A DNA stretch of 64,000 nucleotides, from contig CM068769.1 of NCBI GenBank assembly GCA_035084275.1, positions 1,116,001 to 1,180,000 on the forward strand, given 5' to 3'. The position numbers and the translations under genes are program-made. Source of the DNA: Hydrolagus colliei (lineage: Eukaryota). The notes under the pieces were generated by a model. That model had not been told where the DNA came from. It did no database searches and saw nothing but the letters and a program-made list of their open reading frames with translations. Below are positions 46,634 to 61,200 of the stretch, piece by piece. The stretch's first letter is position 1. The number at the start of each line of letters is the position of its first letter.

Positions 46634-49527
46634 CTGTAAAATATCGGAACAAATATCACTAATGTGGTTCATTTGACGTTCGATGACATTTGTAGTTAAC
46701 AACGATGACGTACAGTCCACAAGAGGTATCACAATGACAATGAAAGTTAATTTAATTACTGCTTCACTCGTAGTTACTGCTCTCAATCACTGTACCAGAC
46801 AAAGCAAATCCAATGGAGATTAATATGCTCACACACTGTCTCTCCCAAAACGGCGGAGCCAATTACACCACACCTCCCTGTTCTTGTACTCCATTCCATA
46901 CACAGCCGCTTTGACATAAACTCCAAGAGCACACCCGAACCGAGAGCTCAGGAAATCCCCACAAGGAGCAGCTCCACCAGTACAGCAATCCTCCTGAATG
47001 ACACATTCCCCACCCCGGCAAATTTCCAATTGAACAACCCCCATAACAACACCCACGCGCAGCCCGATATACATACATTTATCAAGAATAGAACTTCCTC
47101 ATGCCCAACGTGGCAGAGCCGCCAACACTCCTCAGCCTCAATCTCTCCCGAAAGCCTCACTGGACACAGGGCACAATCTCTCCCCCAAAGTAAATCGAAC
47201 GCCATAATGTGTAGCCGCACCAAGCACTGCATCTCTCCCAAGGCACAGACCAATACCTCTACCAAACACATAAGCAATAGGCACAGCCCTTCGCAGCAAG
47301 CACTGGCGCCCCCTCTATGGCACCACCCTCTCCGCAAAGGCGCATCGTTTACCCCCCTGGTAGATCAACCCCAGCACGCACAGCGCCGCACATGTTTCAG
47401 CATTACAGCCACCTAAACTTTCCTCAGGCAATCCTTCACCAGGCATAGCCATCCCATACAACAGCCATCCTCGCAATCAAAACGAAGGGCAAAGCCAACC
47501 TCACTCCGACCCAAACTCCCCACAGGGCATCATTTCCTCCTGGCGGCAAGATCTCCCCAGTTAACAATGCACTTATTCTGCATTCCACAACACAATCCAT
47601 ACCCAACCACTCCTCAGGCATTGTTTTGTGAACAGCATCCACTGAGGCACAGTACTTCTCCACTCATAACATGGCACAGACAATTCAGGCACAGATATTC
47701 CAACTAGGCAAAGCCCACTCCCCCATATTAATCGTTACATTTCCAAAATGCACGGTGAACAGAACACTGATACAGTCTCACCCAGTGTACGTCCTCAGCC
47801 TCCCACCAGTACGGTCACAGGCCACTGCACACGCACAGAAAGCATCATACTAGGCACTGCACGCACATGGCTGAAACACCCCATGTCACAATCACCATCC
47901 AAAGCAAGTCAACTCTGGGCAAAATCTATTCCCCCACCAAGACAAAAGCACCCGCAATGCACGGTATAAAACGCCTCGCTGCATATGTTCACAGATACTA
48001 TATCCTCCACTACGGCATAAACCCTGCACACAAGTCATACACAGGACCACAACAACCTCCCTCTCGGGACCCGAAGTTCTTAGCTCACCCCACCAGTTCA
48101 CGGCACACCAAGAACACATACCGAACTTCACTGCAAATCCCGACGCCCAACATAGCCCCCAGTAGCAACAAAAAAGCACTATATAATTACATTTATAGAG
48201 TCCCTTTCTCTTTGGGATAAAGTCACAAAGCGCTGAGCAAGCAACAACAACAGATTTGGGTTTACACTCCAACCGGCATTCCCGATGGTGCACTGACCAC
48301 AGGCACTGCAACAACCACACTGGTCTTCAGCTATCAGGTAAAACATGGAAGGTACAGGCAAATCAGAAAATCAGAGAAAGCGTCTTCCAGTGTTTTGTAG
48401 ACACAATGGACAATGGGATGCTTTGAGCCAGAATATCAACATGGCCTCTAGATTATGTGATAATTGCATGATTTATGAGGGAAAGATGTTGAAAAAATAA
48501 TGTAATGATTGATCAACGTAAACTGGGTACAAGAAATCGGGGACGCATTTAATCCTTCAATGAATACTGCATAACACTAATGTTCCCAAGTTAAAATTGT
48601 ATATAAGGAACACTAAGAGGCAAAACGAAATTTGACCAGATTGTGGATGTTAAAGTAACAGGAAAGTTTTTAAAAAAGGGTGATGTGGCTTTATAGTCAG
48701 CATCAGAGATAAAAATAATTTAAATGGTGAAGAAAAGTATGGGAAACACGAAGAGATAAACAGAAATGGAAACAAATGGACTAGCCAACAGACAAATATA
48801 CATTTTGGCACAAAAATAATATGAAGCGAGGAAGCTGGAACGAATATGCCATCAATGCAATGATATGGGCGTTATGCAGCACTATGCAGATCTTGGCCAG
48901 TAAATATGAAGTGCTAGAGAAGCTATAAAGCACACGATAAAAGACAAACCGAAGGATTAGAGTAGAAGAGTTCAAATAAAATGAGAATAAATACAATTGC
49001 AGAAACTAAGAGAATATGAAAGTGGAGACACCTCAGATGTAGAATCTAGTGACAGTGAACATGAAGAGAAGTTGATGCAATGGAATACATACAGCACGTC
49101 CGAACAAAAGAAAAAGTGAACGGATTGAGAAAACCAAATAAAGAAAAGATGGAGAAAGTAAATGAAAACTAACGCTGTATAACAAATGAAAAATTTAAAC
49201 AGTCGGAACGGTAATTGGATATTCGAACAGTAGCGAAAAAAGTTAAATGCAAATATAGGTAAACTACATTTAATACTACATTGTAAAAAAGAAAAGCTGG
49301 TACTTTATTATATTTGGAAGGGAAAGTGAAAATATACCTGTAAAGAAACAATTGCAATACAATAGAATGTGTGAGACATAAAATTAGAGAAATGCATAAA
49401 TGTTTCTTAGAACATCGGAGACAAAGAGATATTGAGATAAATAGGAACAAATTTGTTGAGTTATAAAAAACAAATATTGATAGTGATTTATACCTAAAGG
49501 TATATCAATTACACAAAATTAAATGAT

Positions 49528-49730
49528 ATAACTGCAGCAACGGTGATCAACAAAACCAAAAAATTATTAGCGAGTCAGAGATTGGCTAAGAAATTAATAA
49601 GTCATAATGGGCCACAATTTGTGATTTCTGAACATTAAAAAAATTCTAAGCAATGGGACATAGATGATTGTTTCTAGTATACCCCCAGGAGAAACAAGTG
49701 GTGGAAAGAGCAAGCCGATGAGTCGAAGGA
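49528..49730 (+). mobile_element. Degenerate Ty3/Gypsy-type integrase core (part of an LTR-element relic, about 48.4-50.2 kb)
   Basis: ITAATVINKTKKLLASQRLAKKLISHNGPQFV..KQWDI..YTP..N, then VVERA after a frameshift; resembles the SDNGPQF..SNGxVER integrase motif. Confidence 0.6.
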
Positions 49731-52700
49731 AGATGAACATTTGGCAATAATAAACTACAGAATCGTTCCAATATATGACCAGTGACAGTCACCGATACAG
49801 AGCAAACTGTCCACAATAATAACTGTGGGGTTAACATAGCAGGAACTAAAACTTAGATCACATGTACACAGACAAAGAAATTGGAAGACACAAAATCAAG
49901 AGCCACAAAAGTAAAACAACAAAAACATTCCAAAAATAATTGAAAAAAACGAAATACGGATGGCTTGAAAAAAGGAACAATTTGGTGGGAAAGGTCAGTA
50001 AACCAGATCCTGCTGGATATAATACGAACAAGGAATCCTATATAGATGAACATCAAGTGCAATCAAACAACGAACAGTAAAGTAAATAAGGGGAAAAAAT
50101 TTTACACCTGGAGCAAGATCAAGGAGTGGCAGTGTTAGAATAACCAAATTCCGAAGAGAAATAGAAATACTATGCTTCAACGAATGACAGAACAAGATTT
50201 AAAAGAAGTGAGAAAACTAATAGAAGCAGGATGTTAGTTTGCTTTCATGGCATCGGTGGCAATTGAATATGAATGGGATGTCCTGTCGACATGAAAGGCG
50301 CTGTATAAATGTAAGTTTTGTTTGTTGTTAATTTTGTTTGAATGATGCAAAGATAAAAAGATTTGTTAAAGTGACTGGGCAGATTTGTTATGTTGGAACT
50401 AAACGACTGAGCGAATGCATATTGTATTTTGGATTAAATATAATTGAAGCTCACCTGCAGAATCCACCGTGTTTCCATACAGAAATATCACTGAACAACA
50501 ACAAAAAACAAGATCACAAAAGGAATTATTAATACAGTTATTCACATAAACAGTTAACTGATCTACCTGGTCTCTCGCTCCATCAAGATCATTAAATATA
50601 TGGCAGCCATTTAAAGTCATCACTAAAAAGGCTACCGTGGCGGGAATGAACACGAGCACAGACACGTTTTGGAGAGGGCATGGAAAGGGGGTTAGAATAT
50701 GCAGCTCCTGCAGGGGAGCGAGAGCAGTACTGAAACGTTGGTTTGTGAGTCCTTGCACAGTTTCGATGAGAATAACGGGGACTGAGGGACTGAACACAAA
50801 TCTCTTTAGCAGACCCCCCCCCCACACACACACACACACACATAAAAACGCGCATATTGTCTGAACCGCCATTTCCTGTCTGAGACTTGTTTGTGTTTGT
50901 GATTCGAGTCTCTGAGAAAAATGTAGTTCAAGTAGGGCCTCAAACCAGAAACTCCTCTCCCCCTTGAAACTCTTTCCTTTCACCTATCATCTCCGTTTCC
51001 CTCGTCTCACTCTCATCACGCCTATCCTCTTTATTCTCTCACCTCCTTCTTTATTGCCTCTAACTCCTCTCTCGCTTCTCTCATCTACACTCATTATAAG
51101 ATCTTTCCTTTCCTCTATCCCACGTCTCTCCTCGGATTTCATCTTTTCCCCGGACTCTTCTTTCCCTCGTATCTCCTCTCTCATATTATCTTTCTATTCC
51201 ACTCTCTATTCTAGAAACATAGGAACAGGAATAGGCCATTCAACCACTCGAGCCTCTTCTGTCATTTGGTTGCATTGTGCCATCTGTGTACAGATATTAT
51301 TATCTGTATCTCTACTCAACCTTCCAATTAAAATTTCCACTTTTCTCCACGCATCCCTTAATACCCAGATTTACCAACCATGTACAAATCTCATTCTTGA
51401 AGGAATTAATGGATCAAGCATTCAGGGAAACTATAAAGAGGGAAATCTGGATTCCTACAATCCTGTGAGAAAAAAAAAAACTTCCTGCTACCACTCTTAA
51501 TTGGCCTAGTTCTAATTTTGAGACTTTGCCCATTGTTTTGCATTCACACACCAGAATAATTCGCTGCTCCTCTCCACTCACTGCTATGAATCTTTCCTCT
51601 TTCCCATCTATTCTACCATTTCTCCTCCCCACTCCTATCTCTTTGTTGAGGACAACAACAATAACAGTTATATGTACATAGTGCATGATCCAGTAGATGA
51701 ACGTTCCAAGGTGGATAGTCAAGGATCTGTACCCAAGCTGGTGTTATGAAAGGCATTGACGTTAGTGACAGGAGTGTTATCAAGGGACTGGAGTCATGAC
51801 ACAAAGGAAGCATGGGAGTGAGAGAGCGCAGTTACTGTGGAGTGGAGTTCTATATGTTGGTGACAGAGAGGCAGAAGGGTGGCGGGTAATGCGGTGGTTG
51901 TGAAAGATTGATTGAGCTGGTCAAGGAGCATTCTTGCGGAATAAATCAAATTTGAGGTACAACAGGCTTCCAAGGGGAATGTCGGTCATTGCATTACTTC
52001 ACTCACCGAAGAAGAAAAATATCAGATTCATCTTGAATACGTGGAAGAGCTGGTGAGGAGCAAACAATGGACGATTGTGGCTGTTTCAATTGTGGACTCC
52101 ACTTCTTTGAGGATAAACCATACGGAGATTATCTGCGGAGCTGCTCCTGACTACACCACGTGAACTGTCTGATCTATGTGATCTTGAAACGCACACTTCC
52201 CTGTGACACAGAGAAAAGTTGAGACTCAGGCTCTCTGTACGCTGACCATAGAATAGCAGAACGGGTCATGTACTCTTTTCCTGGAACAACTGTCACGTAC
52301 ACCCCCACCCACTGAGAATCTGCAGTTCTTGCAACCCTTCTGAGGCCTGAACGGTGGGACGGATTCTCTGAACTGGACAAGCGATAGCAGCTTAACAGTT
52401 TCCACAACGGACAAACTGTGTGGCTTTAGTGCGTTGAACAATAGTAGTTTCACCAACACTATGAGGGATATCAAGGCATTGGATATTGTGTGGAGGAGAT
52501 TTACCAGGATAATAATAGTAATGGTGAACCACATTTCAATATATAAACTGGTATTGTCTCCGAGCAGACAATGTGAAGGTGGAACTTAATCGATGTATTC
52601 AAAATTTGAACGGGTTTTGCGAGAGTAGAAAGCGGAAAAGTGCGTTACGTTCATGGACAGAAGAAACAGGAGGGATCCCAAAGAATCAGATTTAGTTTAA

Positions 52701-53934
52701 GTAACCCTAAATCGGACGTAGTACCCTCCCGCTGACACTTAGGCTAATGTTTTCAGTTTATTTGATGGAAGTTAACAAAAAGAGAAAAACTAACAACTAA
52801 AAGCAAAAAATTTGTGAGAAACTTAAAGACGAAGAATATATAATTTAAGGGGCTGAGATGCGAAAACGGATCTCCGTAGTTTCACTTTATATAAGTAGCT
52901 TCATAGTTACAGCATCATTTCAATAGAGCATTGTGAAACTCTGCAAAGGCTGCACAAAAGCAAACAACATAACAAAATATTTGTCTGTCTTTCTGTCTTG
53001 ACGTCTGTTTCACCTCTCCATAACAGTAAACCTGATGTTCAATATGAACATAATACGGAACCTAAGGCTGATGCTTTAACTGACCCATACACTGGCCCTA
53101 GCCATTACTCTAACCCGGAGCTAAATCTGGCGCTAGGGCTAATCCTAACATTCACACTGAAACTGACCCTAAACATAAACATAACACCAACCTTCACACT
53201 AACCGTTGAACAGTCATTAACACGTATCCTCAACTTCACATTAAGGTGACCTTAACGCTAATTCTGAGCCTTATGCTCATTTTAAAACCTAATAATAATA
53301 ATAATAATAATCCTTGCATTTGAAATAGCGCTTTTCACATCTTATCGACGTCTCAAAGCGCTTCACAGAATACTGACCCACACTTTTTACCTAAAATCTA
53401 TCCATGACCCTGAAGTACAATCCTGAACCTAAACTTGATCCTGTCTGCTGCGTGTGGCGCTAAAAGCTGACAATGATCCAATTCTTAACCCTTACCCTAA
53501 ACCTGACCTTAATTCATCAACGTGACACATAGCACAATCCTCTCCACAAATCGAATCATTTACATTTTCAATTGATTTGATGGATGTAATAACAAAAAAG
53601 AGAACAATCGAAACCTGAAAGCAGACAAAACTGTGAGCTGCTGAAAGAGGAAGAATGAGTGACATAAAGAGGCTGAGCTGCGAAAACGGATCTCTGCAGT
53701 TCCACTTTATATAGGTATCTTCACAGTTACCTCATCACTTCACCACAGCACTGCAAAATTCTGCAAAGGTTGCACAATAGAAAAAAAGGAAACCCACTTG
53801 TTTGTCTCTTTCTGTCTTTTTTGCTTTGCCTCTCTTTTTTTCTCTCTCTCCTTCCCTCTGGCTCTCTCTTTCTCTCACACACTGCTTCTCTTAAACTCTC
53901 AGTCTTTCCATCTCCTGAGAGTCTCATAATCTTA

Positions 53935-54280
53935 GGAGCTCCTGTGGCTCAGTGGTTAGAGCACTTGTCTTGTAAGCTGGGGAAACCAAGCTGGGGAGAC
54001 CTGTGTTCGAATCTAGACATGTCAGGGCGAAACCTTGGGCAAGTTTCCTTACTCCACACGCCTAATAATAATCCCTCCAAAAAAACACAATAATAAAATT
54101 GGTCATTTCAATCCACGACTGTGTGAGGGACACTGCTGTGCGCAATTGGCTGCCGCGATTCGCCCACAAATATGTACAGTCAATTCACATTACAGTATAT
54201 TCTGTGAAGCGCTTTGAGACGTTGATCAGATGCGGAAAGCGCTATATCAAAAGCGAGGATTAATATTATTTTTATTATTA
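53935..54280 (+). mobile_element. Full-length tRNA-derived SINE (best reference copy)
   Basis: A-box TGGCTCAGTGG 53945-53955, B-box GTTCGAATC 54005-54013, core GACACTGCTGTGCGCAATTGGCTGCCGCG, tail GAAGCGCTTTGAGACG..GCGCTATATCAAA..TATTATT. Confidence 0.85.
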
Positions 54281-55269
54281 GTTAGTCACTTATTGACAGC
54301 GCTGTGTCTCTGAAACTCCCAGTCTATGTCGCTCTCTGTGTCACACACATTGTCTGTCACACAATCATTCACCCACTATCTTACCGTCTATGTCTGTTTC
54401 TATGAGTCTGCCATGCAAGATGATAAAACCGAGAACCAGTTTTCGCCGTGTTAAGAATGGTAAAGATAATAACGATTTTAGTAAAAGAGAGATGAATTGC
54501 TGTGTGTGTTAGATTCCATACCAGCACGATTCTAGCTGTCGGAAAGGAATATTGGTAACCATGATGCATCAATGCAAAGCCTGAAGTGTAACTGAACCAT
54601 ATCAGTTGTGGGCTTAGCTGAGCAGTGTTACCCGATATGAAGCACAACCATGCAACGATGCTAAAACACTTAAAATGATAGTTCACTGGACGCTAGTCAC
54701 GAATCAAATCTCCAGGTTTAATAATAATCGTTCTATTTGATACAGCGCCTTCCATATATCGCAAAGTACTTCACAGCATACATTGTAAAAATAATTAATT
54801 CTATAGTTATGTATAAAACGCAGTGTCCACGAAGAGCCGAAGATTGAAATAACTAAATTATTATTCCAATTTTTTGACTCAGTCCCAGTCTCCCTTTATC
54901 CCACTCTGTGTGACTGTCTGTTTCCTTCTCTGATGGTCTCTTGTGGGATGGTAAGATTGGGGTGCAATGTGAGATGTTTTGTTTAGATGTTTAAGATGTG
55001 TAAAATCCTGCAAAGCTTTTTGTAATAAGAGAAGTGAGTTTATAAGTGAGTTACAACCCCTACTAGCTCAATTCAGGTCGAATGAAACTGTTAATGTTGA
55101 ACATCATCAACACGCACTAATTTAAATTTGAAGACCGCCTTCCACATCGAGATTGGAGTGAGATGTGTTCTGGTTCACTGTTCTGGTTTTAGCTGAGCAT
55201 CGGCACGGGATATAAAGCACACACCACACAAACCTCCTACAAATATGGATCAAATATTTCCTTGCAAAA

Positions 55270-58200
55270 GCAAAAAAAACCTGTAGAATATGTGTGTATG
55301 TGTGGGCTGTGTGCGTTGGTTGGGCGCTGTTAGTGCAGTTGGTGGGCTGTTTATATGTGGGGGAGCGGGATTGTGTGTGAGAGGGGGGGGACGTGCGTGG
55401 GGTGACTGTGTGTGTGGTGGAGCTCTGTTTGTGTGCTCGGGCTGTGTGTGTGAGGCGACTTTGTGGGCTGAAACTGTGGGCGTGCCCCGCTCCACTGCCA
55501 ATCACTGCTTACTTCAGAAACAGTTGGCGTTACTCACACCTGCGAATCACTGTTTACTATTCAGACCCTTGCCCCCGCCTATCTCTCCTAACTGCTGTCT
55601 CCCTATTAGCCCGCCTGCTCCGAATCAACTGCAATAAACGCGGCATCATCGGTGGCCGGGCTTTCAGCCTCTCTGTTCCCACACCGTGGAACTCCATACC
55701 GCAATCACTTTGTCTCACTTCCTCTCTTTCCTTCCTCAAGCCCAGTCGCAAGACCTTCCTCTTCGAACACGCATTCTGCTCCCTTGCTATCTCCTGCACC
55801 TTTGCTTCCCCTTCCCCCTACCCCAAACCATCCCCCATGCTCGGGTCCCCACCTGAATGTTCAGCGCTTTGGTACGTCCTCCCGACGTGAAAGGCGCTCT
55901 ATAAATGTCATAGTGTTGTTGATATTGATACCAGTGTGTCTGCGGGCGAATCTCTCCCACAAAGACGCGCTACATATACCTTCATTACATCACGAGTGTC
56001 AAAAGCAACAACACCAATGGCAGAGATGCAGAATGAGAGTCTGAAACTCTACAGTGAGAGAGTCACACTGAGAGATAGACACATGTTGATTGGGGTGATG
56101 GGCTGTATGTGGGTTTGTGTGTACGTGGGGGCGTGCATGAAGGATGCTTTTTGTGCAGGGGCTGTTTATGTGGTGGGGGGAGCTTTGCGTGTGCGGGGGA
56201 GCTCTGTGTGTGTAAGTGGCTGTTTGTGTTTGTTTGTTTGGGAGGGAGCCGTGTATTTTTCTGTGTGTCAGAGGGGGCTGTGACTGTGCGTTCATGAGTG
56301 AGGTGGCTGTGCGTGTATTTTTATGTGTGTGAGGTGGCTGCGTGTGCGGGTGGAGCTCTTTGTGTGCGCGACAGGGCTTTGTGTGAGTTTGTGTGTGGGT
56401 GAGAGGCTGTGAGTGAAAGGCTGTATATGAATTATTATGTGAGTGAAGAGGCTGTGTGTTTATTTGTGATGTGGCACTGTGTTGTATTTTTGGTGCGGAA
56501 GCGGATTGCAACTTGAGTCTATTTACGTGTGTTAAGGGTCTGGTTGTGTGCGTGAGGGCGCTGTGAGTGGATGGGGAGCTGCGTGTGTCTATGTGCGTGT
56601 CCCCTGCGGTGATTATCTGTGATTCCTGATAACGAGAACCAATCGGTGTGAGAGTCAACGTGAGTCAGACACTGAGGCCTCTGTGTCTCCCTCTGAGTGC
56701 ATGTGTCCCTCTGTGTGTAGATACGTAGATGGGTAGTTGTGTGTGTAGAGGTTGGGCAGGGCGTAAAGAGGAGAACTATGTGTTTGGGTGCGTTAGGGTT
56801 TTGCAAGCTGTGTGCTAGAGTGGTGGTGGCTGCACGTGTATAGGTGGAGGGCCCTGTGTGGGTGCGTCAAGGGTGGGTGGGTGTGGCTGCAGTGGGGAGG
56901 TGGGGGTTGTGTGTAGATAGTGGTGGGAGTCTGGGTGATGCGGGATGTTTGTGGGGGAATATTAAGGGATGGGAGACTGTGTATGGGTGTATGAGGGGTT
57001 GCACGAGTATGGGAGAGTGTCGGTGTGTAGTGGGCGCAGTTTGCGCGGGGTTCTTTGTTTAAGCGAGTGATGGAGCTGTATGTGTAAGGGAAATTTGAGT
57101 GAGGTAGCAGGTGCTCTGTATGTGTAGGACGGGTTCTCATTGTTTCTGAAGGGCTGTGTGTGCTTTTTAGGGGCCTGTGTGTATTAACATGTGGGGGTGG
57201 GTTGTGGCTGTGGGGAGACGTGGGGCTTCGTGTGAGTTTTGGGGTGCTGTTTGTATATGGGACGGGCGGTGGGATATATGTGTGTGTTTGAGGAAGCGGG
57301 TATGTATTTGAGGAGATGGTTTGGAGGCTGTGTGTGGGGGTTGTGTGGCGAGGTGTTGGAGATGGCTGTCTGCATGGAGTGGTCTCTGTGTGTGTGTGAG
57401 TGTTTGTGGGCCGGCACACTGGTCTGTGTGTGCCATTGTGAGTGTCTGTGTGAGCTTTTGTATCTTTCGGCATTTTAGGTTGGTAGGGGGACTATGTGTG
57501 GGTGTATTGTTATAGTACCATGTACAACAACGATAGTAACTTAATCCTCATTCTGATATATTAAACATATAATAATATATGATATAAAACACGATAATAA
57601 TCCCTGCATTTCATATAATATACTGCGTTTCATGTCTCCTGGACGTCTGAAAGTGCTTCACAGAATAGACTGTAAAGTGAAATTTACCGTGAACTGTATT
57701 TGTGGGCGAGAAGTGGCAGGCATTTGCGAGCAGTAATGACGCAATAATCATGGATTAAAATCACCAATTAATCATTTAGCAACAATAATACAAACACAAT
57801 AATCATAATGTTAATAATACAATAATTGACATCCGCACTCTGCGATGTGTCAGAAATTAATATCCCACACTCCTTCGAATCGCTGGTTACCAGAGAAACA
57901 GTGGGCGTGTCCTGATCTCCTTTCAATCATTGCTTACCAGACAAACAGTGGGAGTGCCACTGCCAATCACCAGCTACCAGGGAGTAAGTGGACGGGTCCG
58001 TCCCAATGAGCCGCGCGGCATGTGTGTGTGTGTGTGTGTTTGTGAGTGTGCGTGCGTGCGTGAAGGGGGCTGTTTGGGTCGGGGCGTATTTGTGGGGCCT
58101 TGTGTGTGAGTGGAGGCACTATGTAGGTGGGAGCTGTGTGTGCGTGGTGGGGGGGTCTTTGTGGGTGGGAGGCGGGGAGGCCAGTGCGTAGGGCAGACGG

Positions 58201-61200
58201 GGGCTCTCTTTATGAGGCGGTGGCTGCGTTTACTGTGTTGATGCATGTGAAGGGGGCGCTGTGCGTTGGTAGTTGTCTGAGGGGATGTTGTATGATGGGG
58301 GCTAGCACAGCGGTTTGTGTTGGCTGGGGGCTGTGTATGTTTGTGTATTGAAGCCATTTGAGACGACTTCCATCAAGGATAGCGCTATATCATATTAATC
58401 ATAACAATCCTTGCATTTGATATAGCTCTTTTCACATCTTATCGAGGTCCCAAAGCGCTTCACAGACTATACTATAAAGTGAAGTGACAGTATATTTGTG
58501 GGCGAATCGCGGCAGCCAATTGCGCACAGCAGTGTCCCACAAAGAGTCGTGGATTAAAATGTACACTTTTTCAATCGAATTTGTGTGTGTCTCTTACTGT
58601 GAACGTGCGTGGGTTCGTGGATGGTGTGGGGCGGGGGGGTGGGGGAGTACTGTGTAAATGCGTGTGGGTGCGTGTGCCTGAGCGGGAGGGGGTGTTGGAG
58701 GCTGGGTGATTGCCTATGGGACGTATGGTGCATTGGTGCATATTTGTGTACAAGGGTGAGGGTTGCTGTATTTGAAGAGGCCTATGTGTGTGATAGAGCG
58801 AGAACAACAACAAATTACATTTATAGAGCGCATTTCACGTCCGGAGGACGTCCCAATGACATACAGAGGCTTGTGTGTTTGTGTGTATTTCGTTGTGTTG
58901 ATGAGTCAGCGTAAACGCTTTGGAACTACCTCCCGAACTGAAATGCTCTCTATAAATGTACTTTTGTTGTTGTTTGGTTGTTTGTGGTTACCAAAGCCAC
59001 AGAGTCAGACACAAAGTCCTCTTGAATGTATCTCTGTGTGAGTATATTACAGGCTGTAGAGAGCTTGTTGCCTCTGGCAGTGTGTCTTTGCGTCTCTTGT
59101 TATTCCTGTGGGTCACAAACATATGATGAGCATTTCACTATTATCCTGTTTATAGCATGAGATACACTCACAGACAGAGAATGAGACATATACTTACAGG
59201 ACTCCCCCTCCCCGTGTTTTTCTGACAATAATATTGCCTGAATTTGACGCAATGAATTATCAAGACGTCGCATAGCATTTTACAGGATGTACCTTCAAGT
59301 GTAGTGACTGTGTTTTGTGGGTGAAACATTGCAGTGAATTGCGCAGCGCGACATCCCATGAACAGTCGTGGATTGGATGACAACGTTATTGTTATTATTG
59401 AGGAATTATTATCATTTACTGACCTACTGGAATCCGGCAGATCAGGGTGCAACCTTGAGTAAGTTTCGTTACTCCACAGACAGGCCTGATATTAATCCCT
59501 AAAACAAAATTGGTGGCTTCAATCCACGACTGTTTCTGGGACACTGTTATGCAATTGGCTGCAGCGATTCTCACCCAAATATACAGTCAGTTCACTTTAC
59601 CATATATACTGTGAAGCAAATTGAGATGAGTGGAAAAGATGATCACGCACTATATCAGAAGCAAGAATAACTATTATTACTGCTGGTAAACAAAACCTTG
59701 CGTGAAGTAATAAACATTACGCAACATTTCACACTGACCCACCTAGGAATCCAACCTAGGCCGTCTCACTAGCTAATTGCAGTCTGAACATACGCACACA
59801 TACACACACTCTCACATACATATACTCTCACATACACACACTCCGACGTACACACACTCTCACACACCATACAGAGACTGCCATATTGGCAGTTATATTT
59901 TGCTTACAAAACATTCACTCACCTTATTCGATTGTCTATGCAGTGACGCATTTTGAGATGTCTCAAAAACAGAATTAGGCGCTATATGAAACGGAAAGTG
60001 TATTATTATGAATAGAATCAGATAAAGAGAGAGAGAGGGGCCTACAGTATTTGGGTGTAAGAGAATGAGTGTATGTCCATGTAATGTGATTTCTGATGTC
60101 AAGAGACAAAGGCATGTGAGAAAGACAAACGATAGGCCTATGTGAATGCCTATTTCTGAGTGTATTTCAATCTATTGAGAGGATATCAGTGTTTCTCTCA
60201 CTGCATGTAGTTAGTGTCTCAGTAATATAGAGTCACAGTGAGGCAAAGAGAGGGGAATCCAATGTGTTTCTCTGTATATACGTATGTCTCTGACTCTCTC
60301 TGTGTGCCTCTCTTTGTAACCCATTGCATATGTAAACTTCAGATACACAGAGGCCAGTGTAAACGTTCGAGAGTAAATTCTGTGTGTGCGTCTATATCTG
60401 CATGTGTCTGCCAGTTTGGATGGTCAGATACACAGTTAGTTTGTGGTCAGATAGAGAGAGAGTTTGGTTGTGTATCTCAGTATCTCTATGTGTGTTTCTC
60501 TCAATCTCTCTCAGTGTGTAAGTGTGTGACTTCCTCTGTATCTCTTTCTCTCAGTGAGAGTGTGGGAGAGACAGGCCTATTAAGCATGCGTGAGAGACGC
60601 ACAGAGAGACAGAGGGAATATGTTCTGCGGTGAAGTTGTATGGTTGCAGTAATTTGGTGAATTGCATAGATGGTTGAGTAGGGAGGTTGATAGGGTATGT
60701 GTATGAGGGGGGTTGTGAGTGAGGGAGATTTGTGTGTACGAGTGAGGGTTGTGTGTGAGGGGATGTTGTGTGTGGTGGTGTATTGTGTGTGAGAGGATGT
60801 TGTTGTGTGGTGGTGTTTTGTGTGTGAGAGGGGTTGTGTGTGCGCGGGGGTGTTGTGTGTGAGTGATTTTGTGTGTGAGTGGGGGTTGTGTGTTTGAGGA
60901 CGAGTTGTGTGTGTGAGTAGCTGTTGTCTGTAAGGGGGGTGAGATCGTGTTGTGTGAGGGCGTGTTGTGTTTGTGAGGCAAGGTCTTATGTGTGAGGGTT
61001 GTTTTGTGTGTGTGACGGTTGTTGTGCCTGAGGCGTTGTATGTGAGGGGGGATTGAGTGTGTGAGGGGGTGTTGGGTATGTGGGGATGTTGTGTGTGTGA
61101 GATGGGTTTCTCTGTGTGATGGGGGTTGTGGTTGAGGAGGGGGTGAGTGCGTTATGTGATGTTTTGTATGTGAGGGCGTGTTGTGTTTGTGAGGCAGGAT

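Noticed and set aside
45160-48240. C-rich plus-strand ORFs flanking the SRCR exon as additional exons
   Set aside because: They look like heavily decayed LINE sequence, with no SRCR, mucin-linker or transmembrane exon bounded by valid splice sites.
50568-50790. Possible transmembrane exon (FIPATVAFLVMTLNGC) and a short MNLIFFFF leader near 52007-52035
   Set aside because: No recognisable homology and no consistent in-frame splice path to each other or to the SRCR exon could be built.
53935-54020. tRNA gene calls for the many A-box/B-box sequences
   Set aside because: Each continues into the same SINE core and L2-type tail and has no complete cloverleaf; they are SINE heads.
55270-58350. Ig switch-region-like GGGGAGCT repeats
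   Set aside because: Sparse, embedded in generic TG repeats, and the G-rich strand is opposite to the locus transcription direction.
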